NCBI GenBank assembly: GCA_046726855.1
Contig: JBKPBL010000014.1
Span: 1-36,287 of the forward strand
Length of the DNA: 36,287 bases
Reading direction: 5' to 3'
Source of the DNA: Actinomycetota bacterium
GTDB lineage: Bacteria > Actinomycetota > UBA4738 > CALAEC01
Shown here: piece by piece, positions 32,896 to 36,287 of the stretch
How the letters are laid out: the number at the start of each line of letters is the position of its first letter
How positions within the stretch are numbered: the stretch's first letter is position 1
Notes under the pieces: model-generated
What the model was told of the DNA's origin: nothing
Seen by the model: only the letters and a program-made list of their open reading frames with translations
Database searches by the model: none
Program-made: the position numbers and the translations under genes

Positions 32896-34014
32896 TCAGC
32901 CCTGTCCGATGGGCAGGGGCCGGGCCCCCAGGGTTATGCCGATGCCCAGCGAGTCGCCGTCCGGGCGGACCACCTCGACCTCGACCTCCTCTCCAGGCTC
33001 CCGGTCGGTGACCAGCTCCCGGATGTCGTCCGAGGTGGCAACCTCCTCGCCGCCTATGCCCACGATGACGTCGCCGGGAGCGACTCCGGCCTGGTCCGCC
33101 GGGCCCCCCGGGGCCACGTCGACGACCAGTGCCCCCGAATCCACGGGCAGACCGAACTGGGCCGCGACGACGCTGTCAACGTCCCGGGTGGAGACCCCCA
33201 TGTAGGCCACCGGCTCGTGGGGGTTGGCGATGGCCTCCTCGATCACCGGGCGGGCCCGGTCGATGGCGATGGCGAAACCGATGTTCTCGGCCGCGGCGGC
33301 GCCGACCCCCGCCGTGTTGATGCCCACCACTCGGCCTGACAGGTCGACCAGGGGACCCCCCGAGTTCCCCGGGTTGATTGCCGCGTCGGTCTGAATGAGG
33401 TCCTCGTACGTTCTCTGCCCCTCCGAGAAGTTCGGGTCGCGAGCGGTGATGGTCCTTCCCATGGCCGAGACGATCCCCGAGGTGACCGAGGGACCGCCCT
33501 CCAGACCGAGGGCGAAGCCCAGAGCCACCACCGGCTCCCCCAGCCTCAGTGCCTCCGAGTTCCCCAGTGCCACGGTGGGGAGCTCGCTCTCGGGCTCGAC
33601 CTCGAGCACGGCCAGGTCGGCGTTGGGGTCACCCCCGATGACCCGGGCCTCCAGACGTTGTCCGTCGGCAGTGATCACCCGGATGTTGAGGCCACCCTCA
33701 ACGACGTGGAAGTTGGTAACGACGACCCCTTCACCCTCGACCACGAACCCGGTGCCCTCCCCGGCCTGACGGCCTGTGCCGCCGAGCGACTCCTCGGTGG
33801 CCAGGTTCGAGGTCACGCTGACCACGGCGGGGCTCACCCGCTCGACCACCTCGACGATCCGCGAGCCGCCCGTCGGGACGGGGGGCAGGGGGGAGGCGGG
33901 CGCGACCGGGGATGCCTCGCCGGCCTCCGTCCACGGCGCGGAGGCTGGCGTGCAGGCCGAGCCTGCCAGGAGGAGCGCCGCGGCGAGGACCGCGGGGAAG
34001 GCGGAGCGCTTCAC
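32896..34014 (-). CDS. HtrA/DegP-type trypsin-like serine protease with C-terminal PDZ domain
   Basis: Start reassigned to GTG 34014 ('VKRSAFPAVLAAALLLAGSAC...', 372 aa). This gives a signal peptide and a possible lipobox. Triad contexts 'VTNFHVV', 'NADLAVL' and 'GNSGGPLV', with a PDZ domain at the C-terminus. The track extension to 34608 overlaps fabI. Confidence 0.85.
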   Translation of the reverse strand: MKRSAFPAVLAAALLLAGSACTPASAPWTEAGEASPVAPASPLPPVPTGGSRIVEVVERVSPAVVSVTSNLATEESLGGTGRQAGEGTGFVVEGEGVVVTNFHVVEGGLNIRVITADGQRLEARVIGGDPNADLAVLEVEPESELPTVALGNSEALRLGEPVVALGFALGLEGGPSVTSGIVSAMGRTITARDPNFSEGQRTYEDLIQTDAAINPGNSGGPLVDLSGRVVGINTAGVGAAAAENIGFAIAIDRARPVIEEAIANPHEPVAYMGVSTRDVDSVVAAQFGLPVDSGALVVDVAPGGPADQAGVAPGDVIVGIGGEEVATSDDIRELVTDREPGEEVEVEVVRPDGDSLGIGITLGARPLPIGQG

Positions 34015-34055
34015 CGAAGCGAGGATAGCATCGGCCTCCCAGGGGCTCCCTTGAA

Positions 34056-34847
34056 CTACGGCTGTGCCGGCGGGGACAGGTCCGCCCCCATGGCGTGGTA
34101 GCCGCCGTCGACGTGGAGAATCTCGCCGGTGATGAACGTGGAACGTTCGGACAGGAGATAGACGGCGGCCTCGGCCACCGGGGTCGGGTCGGCGGGATCC
34201 CAGCCCAAAGGGGCTCGCCGGTGCCACAGATCGATGAAACGGTCGAACCCGGGAATGCCCCGGGCGGCCACGGTCCGGAGAGGGCCCGCCGCTACACAGT
34301 TCACCCGGACCCCGTCTCGGCCGAGGTCTCTGGCCAGGTACCGAGTCACCGACTCGAGGGCCGCCTTCGACACGCCCATCCAGTCGTAGCCGGGCCAGGC
34401 CACCGAGGCGTCGAAGTCCAGGCTGACCACGCTCCCTCCCCCCTCGCGCAAGAGCGGCAGGACCGCCACCACCATCTCCTTCAACGAGTAGGCGCTGGCC
34501 CGAAGGGCGGCGGCAACGCTGTCCCACCCGGTCTCCAGGAACCGCCCTCCCAAGGCGTCCTCCGGCGCGAAGGCGATGGCGTGGAGAACCCCGTCGAGCC
34601 GCCCCCATCGTCCCTTCAGGTCCTCCGCCACTGCCTGGACCTGGCCGGGGTCCGTGACGTCCATCTCCAGGACGTCGGGCGGTTGTGGGAGCCGCCTGGC
34701 GCTCCGCTGGGTGATCGAGAGGCCCCGCCCGAAACCGGTCAGGACGATCTCGGCTCCTTCCTCCTGGGCGATCTTCGCCACCGAGTAGGCGATGCTCTGC
34801 GGGGTGAGGACGCCAGTGATGAGCAGCCGCTTGTCCTCCAGGAGCAT
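34056..34847 (-). CDS. fabI: NADH-dependent enoyl-ACP reductase (FabI/InhA type)
   Basis: Start reassigned to ATG 34847 (263 aa) with GGAGG 8 nt upstream. 'LLITGVLTPQSIAYSVAKIAQEEGAEIVLTGFG' closely parallels the InhA N-terminus. The track extension to 35159 lacks family support. Confidence 0.85.
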   Translation of the reverse strand: MLLEDKRLLITGVLTPQSIAYSVAKIAQEEGAEIVLTGFGRGLSITQRSARRLPQPPDVLEMDVTDPGQVQAVAEDLKGRWGRLDGVLHAIAFAPEDALGGRFLETGWDSVAAALRASAYSLKEMVVAVLPLLREGGGSVVSLDFDASVAWPGYDWMGVSKAALESVTRYLARDLGRDGVRVNCVAAGPLRTVAARGIPGFDRFIDLWHRRAPLGWDPADPTPVAEAAVYLLSERSTFITGEILHVDGGYHAMGADLSPPAQP

Positions 34848-34907
34848 GGCTTCGACCTCCAGACTTCGGGTTAGGGCGCTTGCTTGAGCGAACGAGGCCA
34901 ACCCGTC

Positions 34908-36167
34908 ATGATGGGCGCCCTCAATCGTACCGGGAGGGACGTGCACGCATCCATCCGCGTCGCCGCCACCGCCGCGGTGGCCGTCACGGTGCTCACCGGC
35001 GGGTTCACAGTCCCCGCGTGGGCGTCCAGTCCTCGCCGCTCGACGCCGAACCAGCGAGCGGCGGAGCGCCCGGGTTGGGCGGCGGCCATCGACAAACTGG
35101 TCCGAGGGCACGCCATCGGCGTCTCGGTGCGGGAGGAGGGCCGGGTGCTGTACCGGCACCGGGACGGTCGTCGCCGCGTTCCCGCCTCGAACCAGAAGCT
35201 CCTGCTGTCGATGGCCATCCTGGACCGACTGGGTCCCGAGGCCAAGATCGTGACCCAGGCCGCGACTGCCACCGTTGTCGAGGGGGTCGTCCAGGGGGAC
35301 CTGTGGATACTCGGCTTCGGGGATCCTGCGGTGGATCAGGGTCGGATCAAGGACCTCGCTTCGGCCATACGGGACGCCGGGATCGTCCGCGTGGCCGGAT
35401 CGGTGGTCGGCAGCACCGGGTACTTCAAGCGGGATTGGCGAGCTCCCGGATGGAAGCCGGACTTCCCCAGGGAGCAGGTCCCCCTACCCAGCGCGCTGAC
35501 CTTCGAGGGGAACGTCGCCGCGGGAAAGCACATCCGGGATCCGGAGCTGCGGGCGGCCAAGGAGCTGATCCGGCGACTCCGCGACCTCGGGGTGAGCGTC
35601 GCTGGTGAGCCGGGCGCCGCGGAGGCCCCCGCCGGCCTGGTCACGGTGGCCGAGGTCGACTCTCGGGCCCTGATCGACCTCCTGGAGCTCACCAACAGGT
35701 CCTCGTCCAACTTCTACGCGGAGGTCCTGGGCAAGCGGCTCGGTGCGGAGGTGGCCGGGGCTCCGGGGACCATCGCCAAGGGGGCGGCCGCCATGCGGGG
35801 GTGGGCTGCCGAGGGCGGAGTGGGGATCCGGGCTCGGGACGCCTCCGGCCTGTCATACGCCAACAGGGTGGCTCCCGCGGGCCTGGTCCGGCTCCTGGGC
35901 ATCGCCGAGGACGAGCTGTGGGGCGAAGCCTTCCGCGAGTCCCTGCCCGAGCCAGGCCAGGGGACCCTGCAGGGCCGCCTGCGCCATCTCAGGGTCCACG
36001 CCAAGACGGGAACGCTGTCTGGGATCTCGGCGCTCTCGGGGTGGGTGTACCTCCGCCGGCGAGACGTGTGGGCCGAGTTCTCCATCCTGTCCCGGGGGAT
36101 GTCCAAGGACTCCGCGGTACGTATCGAGGATCGGGTGGTCCGGATCGTGGCCCGGAGCGCCGGCTAG
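34908..36167 (+). CDS. dacB: D-alanyl-D-alanine carboxypeptidase/endopeptidase (PBP4, peptidase S13)
   Basis: SxxK 'ASNQK', SxN 'SSSNFYAE', 'KTGT', and an N-terminal signal-like region. The start is ambiguous (TTG 34884 in the track; I prefer ATG 34908, 419 aa). Confidence 0.8.
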   Translation: MMGALNRTGRDVHASIRVAATAAVAVTVLTGGFTVPAWASSPRRSTPNQRAAERPGWAAAIDKLVRGHAIGVSVREEGRVLYRHRDGRRRVPASNQKLLLSMAILDRLGPEAKIVTQAATATVVEGVVQGDLWILGFGDPAVDQGRIKDLASAIRDAGIVRVAGSVVGSTGYFKRDWRAPGWKPDFPREQVPLPSALTFEGNVAAGKHIRDPELRAAKELIRRLRDLGVSVAGEPGAAEAPAGLVTVAEVDSRALIDLLELTNRSSSNFYAEVLGKRLGAEVAGAPGTIAKGAAAMRGWAAEGGVGIRARDASGLSYANRVAPAGLVRLLGIAEDELWGEAFRESLPEPGQGTLQGRLRHLRVHAKTGTLSGISALSGWVYLRRRDVWAEFSILSRGMSKDSAVRIEDRVVRIVARSAG

Positions 36168-36287
36168 GCAGCCCAGGCAGCCCCGGCGAGTCGGGCGCCG
36201 GCGTGGGCCCCGTGGGGCGGCAGGTACTGGACCTGGTGGGGGGCGGGGGGGTTTACCGGGTTGGGGGGCGGGGCCGGGGCGGTATAG
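36164..36287 (-). CDS. 3' end of an edge-truncated CDS with a proline-rich C-terminus
   Basis: Minus-strand frame reads ...YTAPAPPPNPVNPPAPHQVQYLPPHGAHAGARLAGAAWAA*. About 85% of codons have G/C at position 3. Its stop (plus-strand CTA at 36164-36166) overlaps the convergent dacB TAG by 2 nt. Not in the ORF track because it is truncated. Confidence 0.4.
   Translation of the reverse strand, partial: YTAPAPPPNPVNPPAPHQVQYLPPHGAHAGARLAGAAWAA

Noticed and set aside
1-36287. Scan for CRISPR arrays, IS/transposase genes, integrases, prophage genes, toxin-antitoxin pairs, or compositional islands.
   Set aside because: None seen. GC content and GC3 bias look uniform by eye across the window, and apart from the left-edge RT all genes have housekeeping or metabolic character with conserved actinobacterial synteny.

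Overview
High-GC (roughly 68-70%), densely coding actinobacterial-type chromosomal segment made up mostly of conserved housekeeping genes. The core is a complete Pup-proteasome locus on the minus strand (trmI, mpa/arc, dop, pup, prcB, prcA, pafA, then pafB, pafC, tatA, tatC, helY). Gene order matches the mycobacterial Rv2118c..Rv2092c region. Downstream on the same strand lie an FAD-linked oxidase and a DagK-family lipid kinase (the pair resembles Rv2251/Rv2252). The right end carries an HtrA-like protease, an InhA/FabI-type enoyl-ACP reductase, a PBP4-type D,D-carboxypeptidase and an edge-truncated proline-rich CDS. The left third carries a compact Lrp-controlled operon (Kdd-like dehydrogenase, GNAT, lysine 2,3-aminomutase, M20 peptidase). 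It also holds an atypical FtsH-like AAA+ metalloprotease, two acyl-CoA dehydrogenases, cysS and an M24 peptidase. I found no rRNA, tRNA, CRISPR array or transposase. Many long ORFs in the supplied track are antisense shadow ORFs typical of high-GC DNA, and six real genes are N-terminally over-extended in the track; I give corrected starts for those. I see no clear-cut novel multi-gene system in the centre of the window. The best leads are: (1) a reverse-transcriptase gene truncated by the left edge, absent from the ORF track, with a structured ~200-nt leader; (2) an uncharacterised two-gene module (DUF3866-like plus distant ComB-like) that separates pafA from pafBC; (3) the kamA/GNAT/Kdd-like/M20 operon, which does not fit canonical lysine fermentation; (4) the FtsH paralog with insertions in its AAA module. 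All family calls come from motif recognition by eye, with no database search run.
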